Below are positions 39,029-53,859 of a DNA stretch of 64,000 nucleotides, one piece after another (the stretch's first letter is position 1; each line of letters opens with the position of its first letter). Below the pieces are notes generated by a model. That model searched no databases. It was not told the origin of the DNA and saw only the letters and a program-made list of their open reading frames with translations. A program made the position numbers and the translations under genes. The DNA is from Eledone cirrhosa (lineage: Eukaryota): NCBI GenBank assembly GCA_964016885.1, contig OZ024762.1:9610001-9674000 (forward strand), written 5' to 3'.

Positions 39029-39224
39029 TGTATATATATATGTATAAGTATGCAAATGTATAATATATGTATGTATGTATGTATGTATATATGTGTATAT
39101 ATACTCATATATATGAATGCAGCTACTTACATTAAAAACACATAACAAAATGATAAACATCTCTGAAGATAATCGATTTGTTGGTTGTTTACAAAATAAT
39201 TAGTGGTCGTTGAGAGACTGAGGA

Positions 39225-39995
39225 GGGAGGGAGGTGGTGGTGTGAGTGGGTGGTCGTGGAGAGGTAAGGTGGGGGGGTCGTGGGGAGAGGACTGTGGCGG
39301 GGTGGGGTAGGGTGGTGATGGGGAGGGTAGTGGGGAGGTGAGATGGGGGCTGGAGTGAGAGGGGTAAAAAAAGAAAGAGAGAGAGATGGTGGAAGATAGA
39401 AGAGGAGAAAGAGAATGGTGGGAGAAAAGGTGTGGAAATGGACAGAGAGAGAGAGAGAATGTGAGAGAGAAAGAAAGAGGTAGGCAGGAATTGAGAGAGA
39501 GGGAAGGAGAGAGAGAGGGAGAGAGAGAGAGAGAGAGAGAGAAGGCGAGAGAGGGCAGAGTGAGAAAGAGAGAGGAGAGAGAGAGAGAGATAGAGAGAGA
39601 GATAGATAGTGAGATAGATAGACAGATAGAGAGATAGATAGAGAGATAGAGATAGAGAGAGAGAGATGTAGATAGAGAGATAGAGATAGAGAGATAGAGA
39701 GAGATAGATAGAGAGATAGAGAGACATAGATAGAGAGATAGAGAGAGATAGAGAGATAGATAGACATAGATAGAGAGATAGAGAGATAGAGAGAGAGAGA
39801 CATAGATAGAGAGATAGAGAGACATAGATAGAGAGAGATAGAGAGACATAGGTAGAGAGACTTAGATAGAGAGATAGAAAGATAGAGAGAGAGATAGACA
39901 TAGATAGAGAGATAGAGACATAGATAGAGAGACTTAGATAGAGAGATAGAGAGAGAGATAGACATAGATAGAGAGATAGAGAGAGAGAGGGGGGT
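39225..39995. repeat. G-rich tract grading into a compound (GA)n/(GATA)n array
   Basis: Direct reading. Confidence 0.9.
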
Positions 39996-40028
39996 GCTAT
40001 CTTGAAGATGTGCACGTTTGCAGCCTAC

Positions 40029-40058
40029 TTAAGCTGAAAGTGCAGTCCAAGTACGCAG
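40029..40058 (-). CDS. Candidate 30-nt microexon (phase 1-1, xAYLDCTFSLx)
   Basis: TTAATGAGTGCAATTGTTTTCAG| CTGCGTACTTGGACTGCACTTTCAGCTTAA |GTAGGC; unique island between two arrays. Confidence 0.3.
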   Translation of the reverse strand: MRTWTALSA

Positions 40059-40084
40059 CTGAAAACAATTGCACTCATTAATCG

Positions 40085-41670
40085 GATTCAACGATAATTT
40101 CCAAAGACAAGTCAACAAAAGAGACATTTCTAAAACTGTTCTAAATCTTTGCTTGAGAGAAGACATTGGAGAACCGGGTAATTTACCATCAATATCATCA
40201 CCATCACAACCATCATCATCACGGGCATCCAGTTGACCTAGTAACTAGGCAATTAACACTAGTTACCTTCACCATTTACCACCATCATCATCATCATCGC
40301 CATCACAGCCATCACCGCCACCACCATCACCATCATCATCATCACGACCATCATCACCATCATCATCATCACAACCACCACCCCCATCACCACTACCACC
40401 ACCACCAGCACCATCAACACCATCACCACTACCACAATCACCACCATCACCACTACCATCAACACCATCACCATCACCACTACCATCAACACCATCACCA
40501 TTACCACTACCATCAACACCATCACCACTACCATCACCATCACCACTACCATCACCACTACCATCACCATCACCACTACCATCAACACCACTACCATCAC
40601 CACTACCATCAACACCATCACCACTACCATCACCATCACCACCACCATCAACACCATCACCACTACCATCAACACCATCACCATTACCATCAACACCATC
40701 ACCACTACCATCACCATCACCACTACCATCAACACCATCACCATCAACACCATCACCATCAACACCATCACCACTACCATCACCATCACCACTACCATCA
40801 ACACCATCACCATCACCACTACCATCACTATCACCATCACCACTACCATCACCACTACCATCAACACCACTACCATCAACACCACCACTACCATCAACAC
40901 CATCACCACCACCATCAACACCATCACCACTACCATCAACACCATCACCACTACCATCACCATCACCACTACCATCAACACCATCACCATCAACACCATC
41001 ACCATCAACACCATCACCACTACCATCACCATCACCACTACCATCAACACCATCACCATCACCACTACCATCACTATCACCATCACCACTACCATCACCA
41101 CTACCATCAACACCACTACCATCAACACCACCACTACCATCAACACCACTACCACCACCATCACCATCACCACTACCATCAACACCATCACCATCACCAC
41201 CACCATCAACACCACTACCACCACCATCACCATTACCACTACCATCAACACCATCACCACTACCATCACCATCAACACCATCACCACTACCATCAACACC
41301 ATCACCATCACCACTACCATCACCATCACCACTACCATCAACACCACTACCATCACCATCACCACTACCATCAACACCACCACTACCATCAACACCACTA
41401 CCACCACCATCACCATCACCACTACCATCAACACCACTACCACCACCATCACCATCACCACTACCATCAACACCATCACCATCACAACCACAACCACCAC
41501 CACCACCACCACAACCATCATGACCATCACCACCACCAAGTGGCTGAGTATTCCACAGACCGTTGCGATTCAACGATAATTTCCAAAGACAAGTCAACAA
41601 AAGAGACATTTCTAAAACTGTTCTAAATCTTTGCTTGAGAGAAGACATTGGAGAACCGGGTAATTTACCA
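40085..41670. repeat. Exact 104-bp direct duplication (40085-40188, 41567-41670) bracketing a (CAC/CAT) triplet array
   Basis: GATTCAACGATAATTTCCAAAGAC...GAACCGGGTAATTTACCA is identical in both. Confidence 0.95.
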
Positions 41671-42329
41671 CCACCATCATCATAACCACCACCACCACCA
41701 TCATCATCACTGTCATCATCATCATCATCACAACCACCACCACCACCACCATCATCATCACTGTCATCACCATCATCACAACCGCCACCACCATCACCAT
41801 CATAACCATCACCATCACCATCACTGTCATCACCATCATCATAACCACCACCACCACCATCATCATCACTGTCATCATCATCATCATCACAACCACCACC
41901 ACCACCACCATCATCATCACTGTCATCACCATCATCACAACCGCCACCACCATCACCATCATAACCATCACCATCACCATCACTGTCATCACCATCATCA
42001 CAACCACCACCACCACCATCATAACCATCACCACCACCATCATCATAACTGTCATCACCACCATCACAACCACCACCATCACCATCATAACCACCACCAC
42101 CACCATCATAACCACCACCATCACCATCATAACCATCACCATCACCACCACCATCATCATCATCATCATCATCATCATCACAACCACCACCACCATCACC
42201 ATCATAACTATCACCATCACCATCATCATCACTGTCATCACCATCATCACAACCACCACCACCACCACCATCACCCTCATAACCATCACCACCACCATCA
42301 TCATCACTGTCATCATCACCATCACAACC

Positions 42330-42360
<31 letters not shown>

Positions 42361-42635
42361 CAATCACCACCACCATCACCATCATAACCATCACCACCAC
42401 CATCATCATCACTGTGATCATCACAACCACCACCACCACCACCACCACCATCACCACCATCATAACCACCACCACCATCACCATCATAACCATCACCACC
42501 ACCACCACCACCACCATCATCATCACTGTGATCATCACAACCACCACCACCACCATCATCATCACAACCACCACCACCACCACCACCACCACCACCACCA
42601 CCAGCAGCAGCAGTAGTAGTAGTAGTAGTAGTAGT
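41671..42635. repeat. Compound (CAT)n/(CAC)n triplet array
   Basis: Direct reading. Confidence 0.95.
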
Positions 42636-42830
42636 ACATGTATCTGTGGAATGATAGACACAAGTGGGACACTGGAAAGTGGAACCGACAGAGGTCCTAC
42701 AATATACTACAGCAGCAACAACAACAACAAAAAGAGCAACAAAAACAATAACAACACTTACACACACACATACATATATATAATATATATATATATACAC
42801 ATACAATACATATATATATATATGTACACG

Positions 42831-42871
<41 letters not shown>

Positions 42872-43280
42872 GCACACACACATATCATCATCATCATCAT
42901 CAACGTTTAACGTCCGTGTTCCACGCTTGCATGGGTTTGGACGGGGGTAGTCCCACTTGAGGCAAGAGTGATTGTCTTGCTCGCATAGGACTGTCTGGCA
43001 GGTTTTCTACAGTTGGATGCCCTTCCTAACACCAACCACATTTACAGTGTGGGTCTGGGAGGTTTTTACCGTGTTGCCTACACGGCCACATTACAGCGTG
43101 GACTGTGTGTTTTTTTTGTCGTGACACCTACACGATCTCATTTGTTTCGGCCTCAATGGCGCGGCACCAACATAACTTTACATAGAACGGGGTGGTGTGG
43201 ATCGGGTGGGGGTGGTGGTGGTGGGACGGGGTGTATTTTGTTAGAGATGCCTACTGGCTGGAGTAGGTTTTACTATATAT

Positions 43281-43845
43281 TTAGGTAAGGCGGGTCTTCT
43301 CTGTTACTGAGTACCGCCAAAGGTCTCGGTCCAGTGACATTGTCTTGGAGAGGTGTAAGTGTGTGATGTCGGAGTTTATCAGCTCGTCCCAGGTTTTTCT
43401 AGGTCTGCCTATTCCGTGACTACCGTCTATCTTTATTGCCCTGCACTTTGTTATACAGCTATCGACTTTCATGCGCATCACGTGTCCATACCAACGTAGC
43501 CTTCTCTCGAGTAAACAACATCTGATCCCTCTTATCTCTAATTTTTTCCTTAGTTCGTTTATGCTTTGCCGTTCACGTATATTACTGTTACACATCCAGC
43601 GGAGCATGCAAGCTTCGTTCCTCTCTAGTCTGCGTATATCCTCTGCACACAATGCCCAGGTCTCACTGCCATGCAGCATTGCTGTTTGTATGCAGGCATC
43701 GTACAACCTGCCTTTCATTTTTAGTGAGAACCCTTTAGCAGCTAATAGTGGTATAAGCTCTCTGAACTTTTTCCAACCAGTTCTGACTCTAGCTACAGTA
43801 CTTTCAGAGCACCCTCCCCCACTGCTGATTTTATCGCCCAGGTAT
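43281..43845 (-). mobile_element. RTE-clade LINE RT C-terminal fragment (uninterrupted frame, ~185 codons)
   Basis: [34 protein letters not shown]...[10 protein letters not shown]...[13 protein letters not shown]...GRPRKTWDE. Confidence 0.95.
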
Positions 43846-43959
43846 ACATATATATATATATGTACACGCACACACACATATATATATATATATATACATA
43901 TATATATAGATATATACATATACATACATATATATATACATATATATAGATATATACAT

Positions 43960-44016
<57 letters not shown>

Positions 44017-44053
44017 TGCGCATATATACACATATATAGATATATACACACAC

Positions 44054-44084
<31 letters not shown>

Positions 44085-44235
44085 TATATATGGGTGTGTA
44101 TATATATATATATATATACAATAAAGGTGTCTGGTTTTGATTCTAAACTGACAGGCAGCTTATTGTTTAGTTAGAAGGAGAAAGGAACATAATGAGATTA
44201 GACTGGAGAGAGGAGGGGTGATAGCTATATAGATT

Positions 44236-44291
<56 letters not shown>

Positions 44292-44435
44292 GGGTGATAG
44301 CTATATAGATTTATAGAGATAGAGAGAGAGAGCGAGAGAGAGCGAGAGAGGAGGGGTGATAGCTATATAGATTTATAGAGATAGAGAGAGAGAGCGAGAG
44401 AGAGAGAGAAGGTGATAGCTATATAGATTTATAGA

Positions 44436-45035
44436 GATATATTTCTTTATTTGCCACAAGGGCACACAAGAAAAGGGGACAGTACAAAGACACATGCTGG
44501 GGATTTTACATACAGTCGTGTAAAAAATATAAAACAAACAATTACAACAATCGAAATCCCCAATAGGGAGGGGGGGGGCCACAAATGGGTTGTTTAATAC
44601 CCCGTGGATAGAACAACCCTCAACTTCAGGAGTGTGTTGTGCAAGTGCTCCTTTCTTCCCTTTGCTCTCTTCTTTAACCTACAGGTTTATATACAGAGAA
44701 GGCCCAATCACTAGAGATAGATATGTTTCTTTATTAGCCACAGCGGCACAAAAGAAGGGGACAAATAAAAAGGGGGAAGTTTACATACAATAAAAAACGT
44801 GTAAAATACTATCACAAATGTAATTTAAAAGTTAATCGATTTTCCCCAATAGGGGGAGACATTACATATGGGTAACACATACCCCCGAAAAAATGTGCAA
44901 CCCTCATCTCCAGGAGTACAAAGAGTGAGCACCCCCTTCCTCTCTTCCTCTTTTTCCTTAACCTACAGGCTGATATAGAGAGAAGGCCCATTCACTCGGG
45001 CCATTCTCGCCACTTTCACCCACCTTTCATAAAAC
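44436..45035 (-). mobile_element. Two tandem 3' ends of an L1/Tx1-like LINE inside (GA)n/(GATA)n
   Basis: FYERWVKVARMARVNGPSLYISL* (stop 44963-44965), 3' UTR ending GTGGCTAATAAAGAAA; related pieces at 45817-45850 and 49545-49692. Confidence 0.65.
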
Positions 45036-45038
45036 TAG

Positions 45039-45072
<34 letters not shown>

Positions 45073-45202
45073 ATAGATAGAGATAGAGAGAGAGAGAGAG
45101 AGAGACTGTGAGAGAGAGGGTGATAGCTATATAGATTGAGAGAGAGAGAGAGGGAGAGAGTGTGTGTGTGTGATAGCTATATAGATTTATAGAGATAGAT
45201 AG

Positions 45203-45233
<31 letters not shown>

Positions 45234-45770
45234 GAGAGAGAGAGAGAGAGTGTGTGTGAGAGAGAGGGTGATAGCTATATAGATTGAGAGAGAGAGAGAG
45301 GGAGAGAGTGTGTGTGTGTGTGATAGCTATATAGATTTATAGAGATAGATAGATAGATAAAGAGAGAGGGGGGGAAGAGAGATACTTAGATAGATAGAGA
45401 AAGGAGAGTAATCATAAAAAAGAAATGGCTTCCTCACCCCACCCCCATCCTCTCTCTCCTCCTACCACCTGTCAACAGATAGGAAAAACAAGAAAGGAAG
45501 AACTCCTAGCAGTGAGGGAAGGTAGGGGCTGAGGCGAGAAAGACGACAGAAAAGTGAGACCAATGGACCTATACCAAGATCTCGGCACAAAGAAGAAGAA
45601 AAATCAATAACAACAACAAATAATGATGATGGTGATGATGGTGATGGCAGTGATGAGAATAACAACAACAGCAACAAATAATGATGATGATAATGATGAT
45701 GATGATGCTGGTGATGATAACAATAATGATAATAACAACAACAACAACAATAATGATTATGATGATGGTG

Positions 45771-45818
<48 letters not shown>

Positions 45819-46224
45819 TTTTCTTTATTAACCACAAGGGTTTACATAATAATAATAATAACAACAATGACAATAATGATGGTGATAATAATGATGATGA
45901 TGACAGTGGATGATGGAAACAGAAACAATACCTACAATAATAAGTGCACTCAAAATAGGAAGAAAAAAAAAATAAATACCCAACAAAAACTAAAAACAAA
46001 CAAAGCTTAGACAGTTACAAAACCAAAACCCCAGGACTATAAAAAATACATACACAATGTACAGAAAATAGTGCTACAGTACTGCACATATATTACGCAG
46101 CCTAATCTCGGTGCAATAGAAACAACAACCCTCCCCAACAATATAACACTGCACATACCCAAGGAACACAGAACTGTGCTCGGTAATGCAGTCAGAACAC
46201 AATGGAAATAAGTCTGACGGTAAT

Positions 46225-47400
46225 AAAAATTGTTTCTACTTTGGGCACAAGGCCAGCAATTACCCCAGTGTATTACTGGTACTTTATTTTATCGAGCCCG
46301 TGAGGATGAATGGCAAAGTTAACCTCAACGGGATTTGAACTCAGACCGTAAAGGGACGTAACTCTATGCTGGAAAGCATGGTGTCCGACCTCAGAAGGAT
46401 GACAGACCTCAGAAGGATGAAAGGCAAAGCTAACCTTGGCGTGATTTGAACTCACAACATAAAGCACCATAACTATATGCCACAAGACATGTCGCTCGAT
46501 GCTCTATGATTCTGCCAATCCACCAATCTAATAATACTAATAATAATTGTTTATACTTTGGGCACAAGGCCAGCAATTACCCAGTACAATGGAGGCACAT
46601 GGCTTAGTGGTTAGAGCATTGGCCTTGCAATCGAAAGGTTGTGAGTTCAATTCTCAGACTGGGTGATGTGTTGTTTCCTTGAGCAATACACTTTATTTCA
46701 CATTGCTCCAGTTTACTCAGCTGTAGAAATGAGATGATAGGGACTGGGGTCCCTATCATTCCACTGCAAAGTGGTCGTGGAGGTGGCACGGCAAAAAAAG
46801 CACCCAGCACTCACTGTAAATGAGGTTGGTGTTAGGAAGGGCATCCAGCTGTAGAAATCAAGCCAGAATCAGTTCCCGTCCCACCCTTGCAAGCAGGGAA
46901 AAAGCGGACGTAAAATGAAATGATGATGATGATTACTGGTACTTTATTTTATCGACCCCGTAAGGATGAAAGGCAAAGTTAACCTCGGCGGGATTTGAAC
47001 TCAGACTGTAAAGGGACATAACTATGCTAGAAATCATGGCGTCCAACCCTCTACCGATACTGCCAATCCACCGCCCTAGTAGTAATAATAATGGTTTCTC
47101 ATTTAGGGACAAGGCTATCAATGGGTACTTTATGTTATCAACCCCAGAAAGATGAAAGGCAAAGCTACCTGTGGTAGGATTTGAACTCAGAATGTACCGA
47201 AAATGGAAAGTTGATTAACTTGATTCCATTAGTTTATTGGTGAGGTGGCAAAGGGGCTGAGTTGTTAAAATGTCAGTCAGAATGCCTTGTGGTATTTATT
47301 ACAGGTCTATGTGTTCTGAGTTCATATCTCACAGAGGTCAACTTTGCCTTTCATCCTTTCGAGGTCAATAAAAAAGAAAGTACCAGCCCAGTACTGGTGT
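46225..47400. mobile_element. Nested SINE cluster: OK-like copies (-), one split by a full composite SINE (+, 46589-46932), then an OK-like copy (+)
   Basis: CCCAGTACA|composite SINE|ATTACTGGTAC restores the host SINE. Confidence 0.9.
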
Positions 47401-47984
47401 TGATTCTTTCTCTATATCTCTTTCTCATTTCTTTTCTGAAATAAATCGGCTGTGATCAGATGTGGAGAAGGAATGGGCTCTGACAGTGCCCTGGATATGC
47501 CCAAAACACACTGCATATCAATCACTACAGCACCCCTATGTCTCCACTCCACGAGATCTCTTTCTCACTTCTTTTTTCGAACAAATCAGCTGTGTTCAGA
47601 CATGGAGAGGAGATGGGCTCTGACAGTGCCCTCAATCTGACAAAACACACTGCATATCAACCACTACAGCTACCCTATGTCTCCACTAGGGGAGTTGCAG
47701 GTCCATACATACATACATAGATAGATACCTGACTGGTACTTTATTCTATCGATCCTGGAAGGAGGAAAGGGAAATTTGACCTTTGTGGGATTTGAACTCA
47801 GAATGTAAATCGTCCTATCACTGAATGCTTCAAAACCTTTTGCTCGACACACTAACAATTCTGCCAGTCTCCTGCCCTTAATGGCGGTGATGATGATGAT
47901 GGTGATGATGATGATGATTATTATCATGATGGCAGCCACAACAACAACGACAACAACAACTGTAACAGGAAAAAAGGAAAATAA

Positions 47985-48080
47985 AAACCGAATTTCCTGG
48001 CTATATGACAAAATGTTTAGCGCTAAACAAACCGAAGTAATTACACCATTGAAAGCACCAGCACGCTCAGAGGAGCAGAA
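47985..48080. promoter_or_regulatory. Unique island with a perfect 16-bp palindrome; possible conserved non-coding element
   Basis: TGTTTAGCGCTAAACA 48014-48029, TAATTA and CATTGAAAG nearby. Confidence 0.3.
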
Positions 48081-48529
48081 GGGGGAGGGGGGGTTGCAGA
48101 AGGAGGAGGAGGGGGGATGGATGAGGAGGAGGAGAAGGTTGGAAGAATAAAAGAAAGACAAATGGGAAGTGGGGGAGGGGGGGGGGGGGGAGAAAAATAT
48201 GTATTTTGATCTTTAAAGGAAAAATAAAATTATGTCATGCCACCAATCAACACCATACCTCCGTGTGAGGTACGTGTGTATGTGTGTGTATGTGATTATG
48301 TACGCGCGTGTGTGCATGTGATTATGTGTGTACGTGTGTGTGTATGTGTGTGTGTACATGTGTGCTTGGGTGTATGTGTTTATGTGTGTTTAAGTGTGTG
48401 TGTGTGGGGGGGGTACATGTGTGTGTGTGTATGTGATTATGTGTGTACGTGTGTGTGTATGTGTGTGTGTACATGTGTGTTTGGGTGTATGTGTTTATAA
48501 GTGTTTAAGTGTGTGTGTGTAGGGGGGTG

Positions 48530-48571
<42 letters not shown>

Positions 48572-48949
48572 TGTTTGGGTGTACATGTGTGTTTGGGTGT
48601 ATGTGTTTATGTGTGTTTAAGTGTGTGTGTGGGGGGTGTACATGTGTGTGTGTGTGTATACATGTGTTTTGGGGTGTACATGTGTGTGTGTGTGTACATG
48701 TGTGTGTGTGTGTGTACATGTGTGTGTGTGTGTACATGTGTGTTTGGGTGTATGTGTTTATGTGTGTTTAAGTGTGTGTGGGGGGTGTACATGTGTGTGT
48801 GTGTGTGTACATGTGTTTTTGGGTGTACATGTGTGTGTGTGTGTACATGTGTGTGTGTGTGTACATGTGTGTGTGTGTGTACATGTGTGTGTGTGTGTGT
48901 GTGTGTACGTGCATGTGTGTTTGGGTGTACATGTTTATGTGTGTGTGTG

Positions 48950-49790
48950 ATAGGCCCACCTGGATGTAAGAGAGGCAAAGTTGACCCCGGCAAGTCTTGA
49001 ACTCACAACCCAAAGATCTCTACCACACACCATTTTGTCAAATACTCTAACGACCTCCACAGGTCACTGACTTAATCAATAACAACAACTGTCAGTGTAT
49101 TACTGGTACAAGGTCAGCAATTTGAGGGGAAAGGAGAAAGTCGATTAAATTGACTTCAGTGTATTACTGGTACTTTATTTTGTCGACCATGTAAGGATAA
49201 AAGGCAAAGCTAAGCTCAGTCAGATTTGAACTCAGAGCGTAAAGGGCCGTAACTCTATGCCACAAAGCTTATTGACCAACACTCTACCAATACTGCCAAT
49301 CCATTGCCCTTGATAATAATAATGATTTCTAGTTTAGGCACAAGGCCAGCAATTTGAAGGGGGAAGGGGGAGAAAGTTGATTACATCGAACCCCAGTGCA
49401 TTACTGGTACTTTATTTTATCAACCCCTTAAGGATGAAAAGCAAAGCTAACCTCAGCGGGATTTTAAGTCAGACCGTAAAGGGCCATAACTCCATGCTGA
49501 AAAGCATGGAGCGCCACACTCTACTGATACTGCCAATCCACATGAGAATTCCCCAATAAGGGGGGGGGGGGGGCAGATAACCACCCAACTCTTCAAGGGC
49601 ACCCGGGAAGAGTACCCCTCTCCTTTTCAAATTCACCAGCCTATAGTTGCATGATCAGAGTAGGCCCTCTCACACGGGCCATTCTCTCCACATTAATAAT
49701 AATTGTTTCTACTTTAGGCACAAGGCCAGCAAATACCCAGTGTATTACTGGTACTTTATTTTATCGACCCCGTAAGGATGAAAGGCAAAA
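48950..49790 (-). mobile_element. Cluster of OK-like SINEs plus a Tx1-like 3' piece
   Basis: Repeated family motifs. Confidence 0.85.
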
Positions 49791-50409
49791 AATAATGATA
49801 ATAATAATAATATAGCAGGGTTGAGTATGGAAGTATCCTAAAGTAGGCCTGTATGAACTCCATCACACACCACCATACCATCCTCCAGACACCACCACTA
49901 CCCTACCTTCCAGTCACTACCATCCACTACCTCCAGCCACCACCATCATCACCATCACAAGCCACCACCATCACCATCACCATCATCACCACCACCCACC
50001 ACCATCACAAGCTAACTATCACCATCACCATCAGAAGCCAACCACCACCATCACTACCATCCATCACCACCATCAGAAGCCAACCAACCACCACCACCAC
50101 CACCACCACCATCAGAAGCCAACCACCGCCATCACTACCACCCATCACCACCATCAGAAGCCAACCAACCACCACCACCACCACCATCAGCACCACCACT
50201 ACCAGACACCACCAATAATAACCTCCACCACCACACACCACCCCTATCTGTGCCAGTGAAGTTTATTCATGCATGAACAAGAACCTCCTACTTCTCCTCC
50301 TGCTACATAATGATTGATAATGGAAGTAGTTCATTGTATGGACTCTAGTGAACATTTAAATATCGATTTCTAACAGTTTGGTTTTTTAGAATTTTTATTT
50401 TTCATATTT

Positions 50410-50990
50410 GCTAGATCTGGAGAAAGGGTCTGTTACTGTTGCTGTGGTTAAGACATTGCTAGATCTGGAGGAAAGTGTCTGTGTGACTGTTGTTGTGGTT
50501 AAGAGATCTGCTAGATCTGGAGAAAATGTATATGACTGTTGTTGGGGTTAAGGCATCTGTTAGATCTGGAGGACTGTGACTGTTGTTTGTTGTTAAGACA
50601 TCTGCTAGATCTGGAGGAAAGTGTCTGTGACTGCTGTTGTGGTTAAGACGTCTGCTAGATCTGGAGGTAGGGTATCTGACTGTTGTTGTGGTTAAGACAT
50701 CTGCTAGATCTGGAGGAAAGTGTCTGTGACTGCTGTTGTGGTTAAGACATCTGTTAGATCTGGAGGAAGTGACTGTGACTGCTGTTGTGGTTAAGACATC
50801 TGTTAGATCTGGAGGAAGTGACTGTGACTGCTGTTGTGGTTAAGACATCTGCTAGATCTGGGGGAAGGGTATGTGACTGTTGTTGTGGTTAAGACATCTG
50901 CTAGATCTTGAGGAATGGTCTGTGACTGCTGTTGTGGTTAAGACATCTGTTAGATCTGGAGGAAGAGTCTGTGACTGTTGTTGTGGTTAA
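50410..50990. repeat. ~50-bp minisatellite, 11-12 copies
   Basis: GCTAGATCTGGAGGAAAGTGTCTGTGACTGCTGTTGTGGTTAAGACATCT. Confidence 0.95.
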
Positions 50991-51059
50991 TGGGGAAAAT
51001 GGCCTTAAAATCCTTGTATTTATTTTGTCATAAATGTCCTCAATTCTTACCATTCCTGC

Positions 51060-51515
51060 TTCAATCAACACCACCTTCACTACTACCACTGCTAAAACCA
51101 GCCTCACCACCACTACAACTATTACTACAACCACCAACACCACCACCACCACCACCACTATGACTATTACTACAACCACAACGACCTCCACCACCACCAC
51201 CACTATGACTATTACTACAACCACAACGACCTCCACCACCACTACAACTATTACTACAACTGCAACCACCACCACTACGACTGTTACTACAACCACAACC
51301 ACCACCACCACCACCACTACAAGTATTACTACAACCACAAACACCACTACGACTATTACTACAACCACAACCACCACCACCACCACTACAACCACAACCA
51401 CAAACACCACCACCACCACTACGACTATTACTACAACCACAACCACCACCACCACGACTACAACCACAACCACCACCACCACTACAACCACAACCACAAC
51501 CACCATCACCACCCT
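51060..51515. repeat. ACN-triplet array (poly-Thr read-through)
   Basis: Direct reading. Confidence 0.9.
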
Positions 51516-51641
51516 CACAAGAATATATAATTTATTATGACTGCTAAACAAGTATTTCTATATGGAACCATGTTTAAATATACAATAGATAAATGGAATA
51601 TTTATCTATTTATAGACATGGATGTATGTTATAAAGGATGA

Positions 51642-51705
<64 letters not shown>

Positions 51706-51857
51706 GTATGTGTAAATATATAGCATGGAAAAGCGGTTCCAAAAAACGATGATGATGATTATATATAAATATATATACATATATATTAATACTACATACA
51801 TACATACATACATATATATAATACTACATACATACATACATACATATATATAATACA

Positions 51858-51889
<32 letters not shown>

Positions 51890-51939
51890 ATACTACATAC
51901 ATACATACATACATACATACATACATACATAATACTACA

Positions 51940-51971
<32 letters not shown>

Positions 51972-52021
51972 ATACTACATACATACATACATACATACAT
52001 ACATACATACATAATACTACA

Positions 52022-52053
<32 letters not shown>

Positions 52054-52105
52054 ATACTACATACATACATACATACATACATATAATACTACATACATAC
52101 ATACA

Positions 52106-52137
<32 letters not shown>

Positions 52138-52354
52138 ATACTACATACATACATACATACATACATATATAATACTACATACATATACATATATATATAT
52201 ATATATATATAATATATATATATAACAAATATGAATGTATCAACATCATCATCATCAATATCATCACCACAGCCGTCATCATCATCATCATCATAAATAC
52301 AAACAGGGAACAACAACAGTAGCACTGGACTGAAGACAATGACAGCTGTATCAA

Positions 52355-53570
52355 TAGTGGTGAGGGTGGTGGTGGTGGTGGTGGCAGTGATAGGTGCTAA
52401 TGATGGTGATGGTGGAGGTGGGGGTAGTAGTAGTGGTGGTAGTTGTGGTGGTGGTGGTGGTGGTGGCAGTGATAGGTGCTAATGATGGTGGTGATGGAGG
52501 TGGGGTTAGTAGTAGTGGTGGTAGTTGTGCTGGTGGTGGTGGTGGTGGCAGTGATAGGTGCTAATGATGGTGATGATGGAGGTGGGGGTAGTAGTAGCGG
52601 TGGTAGTTGTGCTGGTGGTGGTAGTGGTGGCAGTGATAGGTGCTAATGATGGTGGTGGTGGTGGTGGTGGTGGTGGTAGTGGTGGCAGTGATAGGTGCTA
52701 ATGATGGTGGTGGTAGTGGTGCTGGTGGTGGTAGTGGTGGCAGTGATAGGTGCTAATGATGGTGATGATGGAGGTGGGGGTAGTAGTAGTGTTGGTAGTT
52801 GTGGTGGTGGTGGTAGTGGTGGCAGTGATAGGTGCTAATGATGGTGGTGGTGGTGGTGGTGGTGGTGGTAGTGGTGGCAGTGATAGGTGCTAATGATGGT
52901 GGTGGTAGTGGTGCTGGTGGTGGTAGTGGTGGCAGTGATAGGTGCTAATGATGGTGATGATGGAGGTGGGGGTAGTAGTAGTGTTGGTAGTTGTGGTGGT
53001 GGTGGTAGTGGTGGCAGTGATAGGTGCTAATGATGGTGGTGGTGGTGGTGGTGGTGGTGGTAGTGGTGGCAGTGATAGGTGCTAATGATGGTGGTGGTAG
53101 TGGTGCTGGTGGTGGTAGTGGTGGCAGTGATAGGTGCTAATGATGGTGATGATGGAGGTGGGGGTAGTAGTAGTGTTGGTAGTTGTGGTGGTGGTGGTAG
53201 TGGTGGCAGTGATAGGTGCTAATGATGGTGGTGGTGGTGGTGGTGGTGGTGGTAGTGGTGGCAGTGATAGGTGCTAATGATGGTGGTGGTAGTGGTGCTG
53301 GTGGTGGTAGTGGTGGCAGTGATAGGTGCTAATGATGGTGATGATGGAGGTGGGGGTGGTGGTAGTGGTGGTGATAGTGGTGGCAGTGATAGGTGCTAAT
53401 GATGGTGATGATGGAGGTGGGGGTAGTAGTAGTGTTGGTAGTTGTGGTGGTGGTGGTAGTGGTGGCAGTGATAGGTGCTAATGATGGTGGTGGTGGTGGT
53501 GGTGGTGGTGGCAGTGATAGGTGCTAATGGTGGTGGTGGTGGTGGTGGTGGTGGTGGTGGTGGTGATAGT
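52355..53570. repeat. (GGT)n array punctuated by GGCAGTGATAGGTGCTAATGAT, with a three-unit higher-order period
   Basis: Anchor occurs ~19 times; spacer types cycle. Confidence 0.93.
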
Positions 53571-53859
53571 ACTGTGGTGTGTTGTTGTTGTTATTGACAT
53601 TGTTTAACCCTAGGCAAACGGCATGATGGTGTAGACGCGATCAAAAGCATCCCAGTCCTAGATCATCACCTAGATCACCACCAATGGCAGTAGATATAAC
53701 AGCAGCAGCAGCACTAGTACTAAGATGGCTACCACCAATGCCAACACTATTACCACCACTATCATCACCAGCAGTAACATCAGCAATACCATCACTACCA
53801 CCACCACCACCACCACCACCACCAGTGCCATGAGCACCACCACTACCAACTACAACCAC

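Noticed and set aside
40166-42881. His-rich (486 aa) and Gly/Asp-rich (870 aa) ORFs suggesting beak or sucker-ring proteins
   Set aside because: Pure triplet-array read-through, starting in microsatellite or at a non-ATG codon, with no signal peptide or domain
51034-51540. Mucin-like Thr-rich ORF
   Set aside because: Indistinguishable from neighbouring ACC/ACT/ACA arrays; no splice or signal context
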